64,000 bases of DNA from a virus, in IMG/VR virus record IMGVR_UViG_3300021181_000008, positions 14,970 through 78,969 of that record; one strand, written 5' to 3'. Positions 46,039 through 55,478 of the stretch are shown piece by piece. The translations under genes were made by a program, and so were the position numbers. The notes beneath the pieces were generated by a model. The model made no database searches and was not told where the DNA came from. It was given only the letters and a program-made list of their open reading frames with translations. Position 1 is the stretch's first letter, and each line of letters begins with the position of its first letter.

Positions 46039-46647
46039 TCACTTCTTGGGGGTGACGTTGTGCACCGTCAGCTTACACCCGTCGCTGTGCTCCCACGACA
46101 GCAGCGCGATGTAGAACTCGTACGTCGTCTCGCGCGACGGGTTGGCGGCCGGGTCGGCGGGCTTGGGCACCGGCCTGCCGGTCAGCAGCTCCAGCGAGGA
46201 GCACTCGTGCTGCACAACCTGATTGGTGTACGCCCTGTCCTGCGCGGCGAGCTGCTGGGTGGCCGCGACGTCGTTCCGGAGCTGGTTGGCCACCGGGTGC
46301 GTCAGGTTCTCGTAGCCCAGGTAGCCGACGAGCGCTGCGAGCACGAGGCAGATCGCGACGAGCGCGCGACCCCACCACCTCGGCACCGACTTGGACTTGA
46401 TCAGGCGCTCGACTTCCTGCTCAGCCGCCTGGGCTAGCCGGGACTCGCCGATGGCACCCTGATCACCACGGACTCCCTTGAACCCCTGGTTGCCTTGGTT
46501 GCCCTTCTCGCCCTTCTCACCGGGGCTGCCCTTCTCGCCCTTCGGCCCGCGCTCGCCCTTGCCGGTGAAGAGAGCAGACATCTCCGGAATCACGGGCGAA
46601 TCGCGGAAATCGGGTGCGGAATCCGGGGTCTCGGGCGTCTCACTCAT
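46039..46647 (-). CDS. Membrane protein with a short collagen-like repeat
   Basis: About 13 Gly-X-Y triplets, one TM helix, C-terminal domain with two Cys. Confidence 0.75.
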   Translation of the reverse strand: MSETPETPDSAPDFRDSPVIPEMSALFTGKGERGPKGEKGSPGEKGEKGNQGNQGFKGVRGDQGAIGESRLAQAAEQEVERLIKSKSVPRWWGRALVAICLVLAALVGYLGYENLTHPVANQLRNDVAATQQLAAQDRAYTNQVVQHECSSLELLTGRPVPKPADPAANPSRETTYEFYIALLSWEHSDGCKLTVHNVTPKK

Positions 46648-47243
46648 GGGGTTTGCTCCTGGTTGCGGCGAATACGCGATAGTTCCATGGTACGCAACAG
46701 GATAGCGGCGTAGGTAGGTTCCCCATCGTACACCGTGAACCCTAGATCGACGCCGGGCCTCCAGGTCTTCACGGCGTTGAGGTAGCGGCGCAGTCTCAGG
46801 TCTTCGTCGGCGGTGAGCGTGTGCGCCATGAAGTGGTCGAGCAGCATGTCGAAGTCGGCGCGGTCAGGGTCGGGGTGGTGCAGGTTCTTGGCCATGTCCA
46901 CGGCCAGCTCCTCAAGCGCTCGCCACACCGGGTCGATCTTGGTGTTCTGCATGACGAGCTGTGCTTCGATCGGCTTCAAGGCTCGGCCAATAAGTGAGTC
47001 GATGGTGACGGGCATCTGGTTGCACGTGGCTTCCAGAGCGAGGAGCCGGTTGTCCAGGGGCTGAAAGCCGTCCTTCACCGCCTGCGCTATCTCAATAGTA
47101 CGCTCGGCCTTGGCTATGGCCTTGTCGTCCTTGTTGTGCGACCGTCGTGTCAGATGGACGCTGAACCACGCAGCCGCAGCCGCCGCAACCGTGCCTGAAC
47201 CAAGGAAAATGTCGGTCCAGTTGATGCCGGCTGCGGCGGACAT
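46644..47243 (-). CDS. Membrane-anchored coiled-coil protein
   Basis: N-terminal TM, GGAG RBS, upstream TACTCT -10. Confidence 0.7.
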   Translation of the reverse strand: MSAAAGINWTDIFLGSGTVAAAAAAWFSVHLTRRSHNKDDKAIAKAERTIEIAQAVKDGFQPLDNRLLALEATCNQMPVTIDSLIGRALKPIEAQLVMQNTKIDPVWRALEELAVDMAKNLHHPDPDRADFDMLLDHFMAHTLTADEDLRLRRYLNAVKTWRPGVDLGFTVYDGEPTYAAILLRTMELSRIRRNQEQTP

Positions 47244-47292
47244 GGTGCTCCAAAGTGGTAGACACGCTTACCACTCAGAGTACCGACACAGG

Positions 47293-48534
47293 TTAGGCAG
47301 GGAAACCGCGCATTCCCCTGACCAGCTCCTCGGCGGTGGCCCCGCGCTCGACGATGATGCGTTCAACTGTCTTGCGCTCATTGTTGAGCAGCTCGTACGA
47401 CGTCTGGAGGTAACTGTGCTCCTCGGTCAGGGCCTCCTGGGAAGACGCGGCCTCGGTGCCGTACAGCGTGGGCGTGACGTAGTGGATCCGGTCGGTGAGC
47501 TTGCCGAGGTGGAGCTGGATGGCGTCCTGGACCCCGGTGAGGAACCACGAGTAGACGGCTAGCGTCTTGTTGTCGTGCCGGGCGATCTCCGGGTAGCGAG
47601 CGGCCAGCGTGCCGTAGGTCGGGTCGGTGCCGACGCCATCGCGCAGCTCCTCCACCGTGCCGAAGACGGGCGCGTCGAGCAGCCACATGCGGGAGAACTT
47701 GCGCAGCCGTGCTGCGGTCTGGTCGTCCACCGGGCTGTCCGGGGCGAGGCCGACCACCTTGACGTACTGGCTGCGGAAGCCCTTCTGCCCGATGACCACG
47801 CGGCCGGTGCCCTCAACGCCGATCGTGACGTTGATCGAGCCCATGCCACCGTCGCCGCCGTGCTTCTGCGCCTCCTCGGGAGCCCAGTACGCCCACCAGC
47901 CGCAGCCGCAGCCGTTGTCGGCGGGAACTTCCTCGGGCGGGTGCTTGGTGCCGCCTGCGTGGCAGCTAGCCTTGCGCCGGCCGTCCGACGCCATCGCGTG
48001 GTCGAGGAAGTTCTTGCCGTAGCTGCCCTTGAGCACCTGGTCGGGCTCGTCCGCCATGTTCGGCGGCAAGATGGACCACTTGCGGAAGCCCTTGATCTGG
48101 CCGATGGCCATGTCCCAGTCTTCCGGCGCGGCCTCCTCGGAGAAGCCCCGCATGCCCGAGGTGGTGATGTTGCTCGGGGTCTTCTTCTGCTTCCGCTCCT
48201 CCTCTTCCTTGGCGCGGGCGGCGAACAGGCCCTTGTAGTACTCGTCGGCGGTGGACGCCACGGAGTTCGTCGCCGTCTCGTTCAGCGCCATCCGGGTCCA
48301 GCCGGCGCACATCGCCCGGATGAACAGCTCCGGGTCGATCTGGGCGGCCACCCGGTCGCGGCAGGTCATGGCAGAGCTGATGGAAGCCAGCTTGTCGAAC
48401 GCCTGCTTGCCGTCCTCGTTGTAGGTCAGGTATCCGATGACGCCGGAACGCTCTAGTACCTCAGTGATGGGCTGGGGTAGCGTGCCGTAGCCGTCGCCGC
48501 CGAGGTACGACGGCACCATCGGGAACTCGCTCAT
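47293..48534 (-). CDS. Hypothetical protein with a conserved GFRxW / C-H-CxCG domain
   Basis: KGFRKW...ASCHAG..HPPEEVP..GCGCGWWAY...VEGTGRVVIGQKGFRSQ. GAGGAGG RBS. Confidence 0.75.
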   Translation of the reverse strand: MSEFPMVPSYLGGDGYGTLPQPITEVLERSGVIGYLTYNEDGKQAFDKLASISSAMTCRDRVAAQIDPELFIRAMCAGWTRMALNETATNSVASTADEYYKGLFAARAKEEEERKQKKTPSNITTSGMRGFSEEAAPEDWDMAIGQIKGFRKWSILPPNMADEPDQVLKGSYGKNFLDHAMASDGRRKASCHAGGTKHPPEEVPADNGCGCGWWAYWAPEEAQKHGGDGGMGSINVTIGVEGTGRVVIGQKGFRSQYVKVVGLAPDSPVDDQTAARLRKFSRMWLLDAPVFGTVEELRDGVGTDPTYGTLAARYPEIARHDNKTLAVYSWFLTGVQDAIQLHLGKLTDRIHYVTPTLYGTEAASSQEALTEEHSYLQTSYELLNNERKTVERIIVERGATAEELVRGMRGFPA

Positions 48535-48671
48535 CAATCCTCCTCAAGTGCTTCGATGCGGCAGACGAGGACGCCCATTGGTACTTCGAACATCCCTCCG
48601 GGGAGGAACTCGACGTCCAATGAGCGCCGCTCGCCTGTGTCTAGCGTCAGACCGTGCACGCGAATCTTCAC
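48534..48671 (-). CDS. 45-aa hypothetical protein (MKIRVHGLTLDTGE...)
   Basis: GTGA and TGATG coupling on both sides. Not in the ORF track. Confidence 0.6.
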   Translation of the reverse strand: MKIRVHGLTLDTGERRSLDVEFLPGGMFEVPMGVLVCRIEALEED

Positions 48672-48790
48672 GCAGGCACGGACTCCGGAACGACTTCCGG
48701 CGCGGGCTCCGGCGACGGCTCCTGAATCGGCATCGTCTCGGGCATGGGCTCAAGCACGCGCTTGGTGTGTTCCTTGCCGATGTCTCCCAT
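48668..48790 (-). CDS. 40-aa Pro/Glu-rich peptide (MGDIGKEHTKRVLEPMPETMPIQEPSPEPAPEVVPESVPA)
   Basis: Strong GAGAGGAGG RBS. Not in the ORF track. Confidence 0.75.
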   Translation of the reverse strand: MGDIGKEHTKRVLEPMPETMPIQEPSPEPAPEVVPESVPA

Positions 48791-48818
48791 TTGGGTACCT
48801 CCTCTCGTTCCTTACAGA

Positions 48819-49403
48819 CTAGTCGGTGAGTGTCTTGAGGAAGCTAACGGCGGTGTTCAGGGCGTCGGCCGCGCCGTTGAAAGCCTCGACCGCCGTGACG
48901 ACGCGCGGGTCCGGCGTCGGGTACTCGTCGGCGTCGTCATCGTCGGGCTCGGCCGCGTAGGCACCGACGCCGACGAAGTTGTCCTCGGGCGCGGCGTACT
49001 CCGGCACCGGCTCGGGCTCGACCAGCTCGCGGGCCGCCGACATGAGCTGCCGGGAGAGCTTGAGGTAGGCCCGCGACAGCGAGATTAGCTCACCGGTCCG
49101 GGCGTTGAACCTGTCGCCCTGCTCCCGCTTGGACGAGCCGGTGGCCGTGAACTGGAAGTCCGGGTCCGCGCCGAAGTCGTAGGTGGAGTGCTGGCTGAGC
49201 GACACCTTGGCGACCGTGGCGTTGCGGTCCTGGAGGATCTGCGCAGAGGTGTTCTGGTACGGGTCCACGCGCTCGGGCGGCTTCACCCAGTTCACGGGGA
49301 CGGGAGCCGGCGGCTGCGGGATCGGATAGGGCGGCCACGGCGGCGGCGAGGGTAGTACCCCGAACGTGTCCGGCGGGTTGGCCTGATGCTTGGGCTTGGA
49401 CAA
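48819..49403 (-). CDS. DUF1876/Rv2632c-like (dsRBD-fold) domain protein
   Basis: ATGSSKREQGDRFNARTGELISLSRAYLKLSRQL. Confidence 0.65.
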   Translation of the reverse strand: MSKPKHQANPPDTFGVLPSPPPWPPYPIPQPPAPVPVNWVKPPERVDPYQNTSAQILQDRNATVAKVSLSQHSTYDFGADPDFQFTATGSSKREQGDRFNARTGELISLSRAYLKLSRQLMSAARELVEPEPVPEYAAPEDNFVGVGAYAAEPDDDDADEYPTPDPRVVTAVEAFNGAADALNTAVSFLKTLTD

Positions 49404-49411
49404 CGGTTCTC

Positions 49412-49723
49412 CTACTTGAACGCGGCCTTGAGCTTGTCGAGCTTGGCCTGTGCGGACTTCTTAGTCGCGCCACGGAGGCGGGCAACCTTGGCCTCGGCCT
49501 CGCGCACCTGCTTGGCGATGGCGCGGTTTTCCTTGTGCCTCAGCCGGCGGATCTGAGCGGACGTGCCGCCGAAGTGGACGGTGGGGTTGAACTTCTTGAA
49601 CTTCCCCTTGCCCTTCTTCGGGATGCCCGGCGAGGCGTAGTGGGCGGCACGGGCCTCAAGCGTCATAGGCTCATCGGTCTGCACCTTCTTCTCCGGCTGG
49701 GTGTCAGTCTCTTCGTTGCTCAT
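49412..49723 (-). CDS. Basic hypothetical protein
   Basis: Lys/Arg-rich, with codon bias. Confidence 0.6.
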   Translation of the reverse strand: MSNEETDTQPEKKVQTDEPMTLEARAAHYASPGIPKKGKGKFKKFNPTVHFGGTSAQIRRLRHKENRAIAKQVREAEAKVARLRGATKKSAQAKLDKLKAAFK

Positions 49724-49751
49724 GATCATCCTAACCAGGGAGCCCGAGGGG

Positions 49752-52650
49752 TTATTCCGTGGGCGGCTGCGGATTTTCCGGCGGGCCGTCCATGGTGCCG
49801 GGGACACCGGTCGGGCCATCGGGAACCCGTGGTGAGGCGTCCGCCATGCGTCCGTTGCGGAAGGTGGCCAGCCCGATCTGGCTCATGCTGCGGGTGTAGG
49901 CGAACGCGGTCAGCTCACTGCTGGTGAGCCAGCTCATGATCCTCGCCTTGAGGTAGAGCAGGAAGATGTTGCGCAGTCTCATTCTGATCCGTCCTGTGCG
50001 TGGACTTCGACCACCCGCAGCTCCGGGTAAGTCCTGAACGCCTCGTCGATAGCGTCCAGCCTACACTTGGCCCGGATCGTAACGCGCTTGGTGTTCTTGC
50101 GCCCGTCCTTGTCGGCTACGCGCTCGCGCAGGGTCACCCTGTAGTTCACCACCGGTCATCAGCGTCAACGTCGGACGGCTCCTCCTGGCGGGCGACGGCT
50201 GCGTCCGCGGCGGCGAGCTTCCACGCCGGCCCCTTGACCCAGCCGTCATCCTCTTCGGGAAAGTGGTACCAGTAGATCTCGGCCGGGTGGTCCTTGATGT
50301 ACTGGGCGCGGGCGTCCTTGCTCTCGAATATCCACCCGAACGGCACCGTGTTGGGGTTCGGGTCGGTCTTCCAGTGCATCTGCATCAGAAGCCGTCAAAC
50401 ATGTGCGAGAGCTGGACGAGGACCCAGATCAGGATGCCCGCGAGCCCTACGGTGATGAGGCTGAGCACGCCCACCAGAATCCACCAGATCATTCGGGGGT
50501 CCTCCACTTGTCGAGCTTGTTCTTGAGCAGCCAAGTCCAGATGCCCAAGAATACCAGCTCGACAAAGGCCCACCCGTAGCTGTGCAGGGACAGGTCCCGC
50601 AGGAAGAAGAACGCAAAGAACCCCTGGAGCCCCATGGTGAACGTGAGGCTGAACGCAAAGGTAAAGCGAGAGATCTGCTCGGCCTTAGTCGTGGTGGTCT
50701 CCAACGTAGCCTCCCTGCGCTAGCATCTCGAATGCCTTGTCCGGATCCAGCGAGATGAACTGGTTGAGGAGCGCGACCTTGGTCAGCATGTCCTCCATTG
50801 CGAGGATAGCGTGCACCCGCTCCTCGATCTCGCGGCGGCGGGCCTTTTCCTGGGCCTCGTGCTTGCGCCGCGCCGCCTTGTACCACTCCGGCTCGTAGCC
50901 CACCTGGCTGTCGCTCACGCCTGGTACCTCCCGACCTTGCTAGGCGAGATGCTGATGACCAGCTCGGCGCTGGACCCGTAGCCGTCCTTGGTCACGTAGA
51001 AGGAATCGGCTAGGTCAACGCCCAGCTTGTCCAGCACTTCCTTCCGGGTGAACCGCATCTCGGCGCTTGTGGTCTGCGTGACGTGCAGGTTGCTCATCGG
51101 TTCCTCCAGAGATAGACCATGACCCCGACGATGACCGCGAACAGGATGAGGGAGTACCCCCAGTCGTTGTTCACCGGCTCACCCTATGGATGTCCACCAG
51201 GCGGATCCGGTGCTCGTCCTTCCGGAGCTGCTGGAAGATGTGCGCGAGCGTGCCGGTGTACTCCTGCTCGCCCTCCCCGCGCACCGCCTCGGCGTCGGTG
51301 TTTTCCGGGTCGTCGTCGGTGTACCAGACATCGGCGCTGAACAGCGCGGTCACCGCGCACCCGCCGCCAGCCCGGTCAAAGTCTCCATGACGATCGCCTG
51401 GAGCCAGTCAGGCAGCTTGTCGGAGCTGTAGTAGTGGTCGTTGACCGGGACCTTGCCCGGCTGGCCGTCCGAGCGCTTGTTCTTGACGCCGTGGACGGTG
51501 AGGCCGGAGATCGGACTGGACTCGCCTAGGATGCTGTGGGTGGTCAGCTCGTCCGAGTCCGGCAGGAACGCCCCGAACCGCTTTTCGGTGTTGAGCTGGA
51601 GGTGGACGGTGGTCGGCGTCCAGGTGTCCTTGTTATTCCAGTGCCTGCGCGCCGGGACGCCCTCGACCTCGTAGTAGACATCCAGGTACAGGTGGCCGTT
51701 CGTGTTGATCAGCTTGTGACTCATAGTTGCCTCGCCATTGTCAGGAGCATGGCTATGCCTTGCTCGGATGTGGGGTGCTCGATGCCGTGCGCCAGCATCC
51801 TAGCGCCGATCGCTAGCTGCTGTGACAGCGCCATGCACTGGTCGAACGTGACCTCGTGCTCGGTCAGCCACGCGTCGTTGAACGGGCTATTGTAATTGTC
51901 CAGTTCATCGGCAGCCGCCAAGAGTAGTTCCGCGCTTTTCCGGAGTGGCATGTCTTCCCTTCCTTGTTGGTGCCCGTGTAGATGCAGTCGCTTGCCGACA
52001 GCGGGCAGGTGACGCGGGTGATGAACTCATCGGTGGGTTCGTGCAGGGCATAGGTGTTGCCCTGACTATCGCAGCACCAGTCCATGCCCCGCCGCTGCAC
52101 GCGAATGGTAGCGCCCGCCGGGATGCTGGGGCACAGATCGCCGACAACCTGGATCATCAGTTACCCACACAGGCGTACTGATCCATGTTCACCATCACCT
52201 TGCCGACCAGCTCCAGGTGGGTGCCGGTGTAGACCAGGTGGTAGGGAGCCGAGCAGGTCGGCTCGGTCGCGAGGACGTAGATCCAGTAGGCACCGTACGC
52301 GACGATCCCCAGGACGACGAGCCACATGAGGATCACCAGCCACGCGCGCATGTAGCCGTTGTCGTGGAAGAACCAGCTCGTGTGCGGCCTCGGGTGGAGT
52401 CTCATTCTTCCGTACTCTCCTGGCCGTCCGTGTAGCCGTCGTCGTAGCCACGGTCGTAGCCGTCCTGGTCGCCGCTCTCCTCGCCCGCCACGTACAGGTT
52501 GTAGAGAACGTCCTTGATCTCCTCCAGGTTCTTCTTCCACGCCGCGTTGACCGCGAGCCCCTTGGGCAGCAGCTCGCGCAGCTCGACCATGGCGTCAGCC
52601 GTGATCTGGTCCTTGGCGCTGCGGACGGTCTTCTGAACTTCCTCGCTCAT
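49752..52650 (-). other. Run of about 14 small, translationally coupled hypothetical genes, several single-TM
   Basis: Includes 49752-49982, 50146-50385, 50489-50704, 50685-50918, 50915-51097, 51171-51353, 51350-51724, 51721-51951, 52157-52405 and 52402-52650, with ATGA/GTGA overlaps. Confidence 0.65.
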
Positions 52651-53156
52651 GCCAATGGGTCCTTCATGTGTGCGTCCTTGACGGCGGCGAACAGGCAGTG
52701 CCGCGCGCCGTCTGCTGAATGCCTCATGCTATCCGGAAGCTTGGGAACTCCGGCTCGCAGCAGGCGCTTGTCGCTCGCCCAGGGCTTGACGTCCCCGGCC
52801 TTGCGGATGCTCGGGTGGTAGCCGAACAGCGACAGCATCTCGGCGAACTTCATCACGTACTGCCGGGTCAGGTCGGCGTTCTTCCCCCGCGTCCCGGCCG
52901 AGGAGCCCGTCACGAACGCCTCGACGCCCGCCACCCGCTGGACGATGCGCTCGTCCTTGTAGAAGTGGGACAGGTACGCCTCCAGCACCCGCAGGGCGGT
53001 GCCCGCGTTCGCCTGGATCAGGGTGACATTGCACTCGGGCAGCGGATACGGGCTGTCTCCCACGAACTCCATCAGGCAGATGCCCGTGGTCGGCCCCGGA
53101 TCGATCCCGATGGCTGAGACGATGTTGGCGCTGGGGTGCTTCGGTGTGGTCACCAC
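52647..53156 (-). CDS. RuvC-like Holliday junction resolvase
   Basis: AIGIDPGPTTGI, GVEAF, VKPWASDKRL, HSADGARH. Confidence 0.82.
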   Translation of the reverse strand: MVTTPKHPSANIVSAIGIDPGPTTGICLMEFVGDSPYPLPECNVTLIQANAGTALRVLEAYLSHFYKDERIVQRVAGVEAFVTGSSAGTRGKNADLTRQYVMKFAEMLSLFGYHPSIRKAGDVKPWASDKRLLRAGVPKLPDSMRHSADGARHCLFAAVKDAHMKDPLA

Positions 53157-53162
53157 CGAATT

Positions 53163-53492
53163 TTACAGTGACTTCCCGTACGTCACGCCGTACATGAACG
53201 CGCCCCGCGCCTCGTTCTTGCCCTCGGTGCCGTCGTCGCCCTCGCAGTGGGTTTCGCGCCAGTAGTCCTCGAACTCAGCCTCAAGGCCGAAGGGCTGGCC
53301 GTCCGTGCGCTCCATCGAGATGACCGGGATCGCGAAGCCCGCGCCTGCGAGCCGGGTCTGGCCGATGGTCGCCTTGCCGCTGGCGTCGGTGTCGATGTCC
53401 TGCACGATCTTCGCGCACACGGCGTCGGCTCCGTGCGGGTGATTGACGCGCACCCTGAGCTTGAGGTTGAGTTCTTCGGGGTCACGAGACAT
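53163..53492 (-). CDS. Hypothetical protein
   Basis: AGGAGG RBS. Confidence 0.65.
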   Translation of the reverse strand: MSRDPEELNLKLRVRVNHPHGADAVCAKIVQDIDTDASGKATIGQTRLAGAGFAIPVISMERTDGQPFGLEAEFEDYWRETHCEGDDGTEGKNEARGAFMYGVTYGKSL

Positions 53493-53642
53493 GGTGTCCT
53501 CCTGTGAAGTGGGGTGTGAAGCCGCGACTAACGGGTGCCGGGTGCGTCCATCCAGTTTCCGAGTCGTCCGCTTCTCTCAAGGACGCGTTACGCTGTCAAT
53601 GAGCTGGGGGTTGTGAAGTTGATAGTCCAGTCGCCGTGAGGC

Positions 53643-54242
53643 TTACTTGGCGTGGGCGGGAACCTTGGCCGCCGGGGCGGTGCGCGCGATGGCCGTGGGA
53701 GCGCCTGTGAGCGAGTAGGAGTGCGTGGTCATGTTCCACGTCGCCGGGCCGCCCACGGTGTCCGCTGTGTCCTCCACGCGGTCGATGTAGGGGGTGCCGT
53801 CAGCGGCGAGGAAGATGACGAACGTCCCCTCGGAGCTGACCGGGGCGTAGATCCCGTTCGGGTCCTCCTGACCCACCACGTCGTCGGCCCAGGAGCCGCT
53901 GTTGCTGGCTGGCTTGAGCGGGTTGGAGAGGCTGGCCGAGTCGGGGATGCCGAAGCCGATGGACGGGCCGGAGTTGATCGGGTCGCGGTCGCCGTTGTGC
54001 ATGACGAACGTGGTGGTCTGCACGTCGTTGACCTCGGCCAGCTCGATGTCGATCATGTTCTCGCGCTCTTGGCTGAAGGTGACGTTCGGCAGCGGCTGGT
54101 TGTTCTCCAGGTTGGTCGAGTCCTGGTTCTGCTGGGCGGACTCCTGGTTGCCGTTGCTGTTGCACGCGGCGAGCCCGATGCCGAGCCCGACTACGACGAT
54201 GGCGGTGCCCGCGATGGTGCGGGTGCGGCCGGTGAACTTCAT
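53643..54242 (-). CDS. Lipoprotein
   Basis: Signal peptide with lipobox LAAC. Motif SIGFGIP..ASLSNP...QEDPNGIYAP.SSEGTFV. Confidence 0.8.
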   Translation of the reverse strand: MKFTGRTRTIAGTAIVVVGLGIGLAACNSNGNQESAQQNQDSTNLENNQPLPNVTFSQERENMIDIELAEVNDVQTTTFVMHNGDRDPINSGPSIGFGIPDSASLSNPLKPASNSGSWADDVVGQEDPNGIYAPVSSEGTFVIFLAADGTPYIDRVEDTADTVGGPATWNMTTHSYSLTGAPTAIARTAPAAKVPAHAK

Positions 54243-54250
54243 GATGCCTC

Positions 54251-54685
54251 CTAGTTGGGAACTACGATGTAGTACTGCGAGCCGGGAGCGACAGCCCCGT
54301 CAAGGCAGTTGGCGTGGAACCACGCGGCCTGATCTGCCGGCACGACGCCCGAGACGTTCTCGCCCTCGGAGCACAGCGTGCCCGCCTGCGAGTCCTGCTC
54401 GACCTTGACCTCGCCGATCAGCGCGGTGTTGTGGGCCTGCTGATCCTGCACGAGCTGGACGCCCTCGCTGTTGAGCTGGTCGAAGCCCTTGGTGATCTGC
54501 TGCTCGTTGGTCGTCTGGTACTGGACGCCGTTGTGCTGGATCTGGTAGTTGGCGGTGGCGTTGGCCTTGGCGAGGAAGACCCCGCCCGCCCACAGCCCCC
54601 ACACCAGACCGACCAGCGCCAGACCGGCGAGGATGAAGATCCAGAAGTTCTTCCAGAAGGCGATAACCGCCTCGGTTGGGGTCAT
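54251..54685 (-). CDS. Single-TM membrane protein, partner of the lipoprotein
   Basis: N-terminal TM, coiled coil, two Cys. AGGAG RBS. Confidence 0.72.
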   Translation of the reverse strand: MTPTEAVIAFWKNFWIFILAGLALVGLVWGLWAGGVFLAKANATANYQIQHNGVQYQTTNEQQITKGFDQLNSEGVQLVQDQQAHNTALIGEVKVEQDSQAGTLCSEGENVSGVVPADQAAWFHANCLDGAVAPGSQYYIVVPN

Positions 54686-54693
54686 GATTGCTC

Positions 54694-55056
54694 CTACGGA
54701 TGCTGATGGACGTTCATTGGGTTGTCGTACACCCAGGACTGGTACTTGGGCTCGTCGCCTCGTGCGATGGCCTCGATGTTCTTGAGGCACAGCGGCTTGC
54801 TGTTCTCCTCAAGCGTGACCATCACGCCGTCCGCGTTCTTCACCATCTCGTGCGGCCAGTTCGTGCCGGCCCAGGTGGTGTAGTTGCGGTTGCAGTCGAT
54901 GCAGATGTAGCTGTTGATCATGTACTGCCACAGGAACATCAGCCTGGACGGGCCGTCCACGCCGTCCGACGAGTCTTTCACACCGCAACCAGGGCAGTGC
55001 TCAGGCAGGTTGTCGAACAGATCGCCTGCGAGTGTGCTCTCCACGATTCCCTCCAA
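54694..55056 (-). CDS. Zn-finger hypothetical protein
   Basis: CPGC...CIDC. Confidence 0.6.
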   Translation of the reverse strand: MEGIVESTLAGDLFDNLPEHCPGCGVKDSSDGVDGPSRLMFLWQYMINSYICIDCNRNYTTWAGTNWPHEMVKNADGVMVTLEENSKPLCLKNIEAIARGDEPKYQSWVYDNPMNVHQHP

Positions 55057-55073
55057 CTACCGGTCGCGAAGTT

Positions 55074-55478
55074 CTATTCCGCGGCGGCCCATGCCCTCAC
55101 ATTTGAGGCTGTCATCACCTTACTGGCCGCCACCAGCGGGCGGAGACGCAGCTCGTCGAACTCCCAGTCCTCGATCAGGGGGTCGAGCGGCAGCGGGCGG
55201 GGAACTCCCTTGCCCATGGCGTCAGTGACGCCCCTGCGGCCCGTGTGACCCGTCCAGCGGCCATGCCCCCACGCGCAGTCCCTCATGCGCATGCGAGCGG
55301 CGTTGGTGAGCCACGGGGCGAGCGTCCCCTTGCAGTCGTCGTACTTCTCGTACGCCCGCCACATCGCGATCCGGCCCTCCTGCACCAGGTCATCGATCTC
55401 GGCGTCGTGGAAGCCGCCGGGCAGCATATCGGCCGCCGTCCGGTAGAGCCAGTTGTGGTAGTCGTCGAGCTGAATCAC
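55074..55478 (-). CDS. Sigma-70 family protein containing region 2 only
   Basis: DDLVQEGRIAMWRAYEKYDDCKGTLAPWLTNAARMRMRD. No region-4 HTH before the stop. Confidence 0.8.
   Translation of the reverse strand: MIQLDDYHNWLYRTAADMLPGGFHDAEIDDLVQEGRIAMWRAYEKYDDCKGTLAPWLTNAARMRMRDCAWGHGRWTGHTGRRGVTDAMGKGVPRPLPLDPLIEDWEFDELRLRPLVAASKVMTASNVRAWAAAE

Noticed and set aside
53570-53600. Perfect TTGACA -35 on the - strand as a sigma-70 promoter
   Set aside because: No TANNNT at 16-18 nt spacing (GAGAAG).
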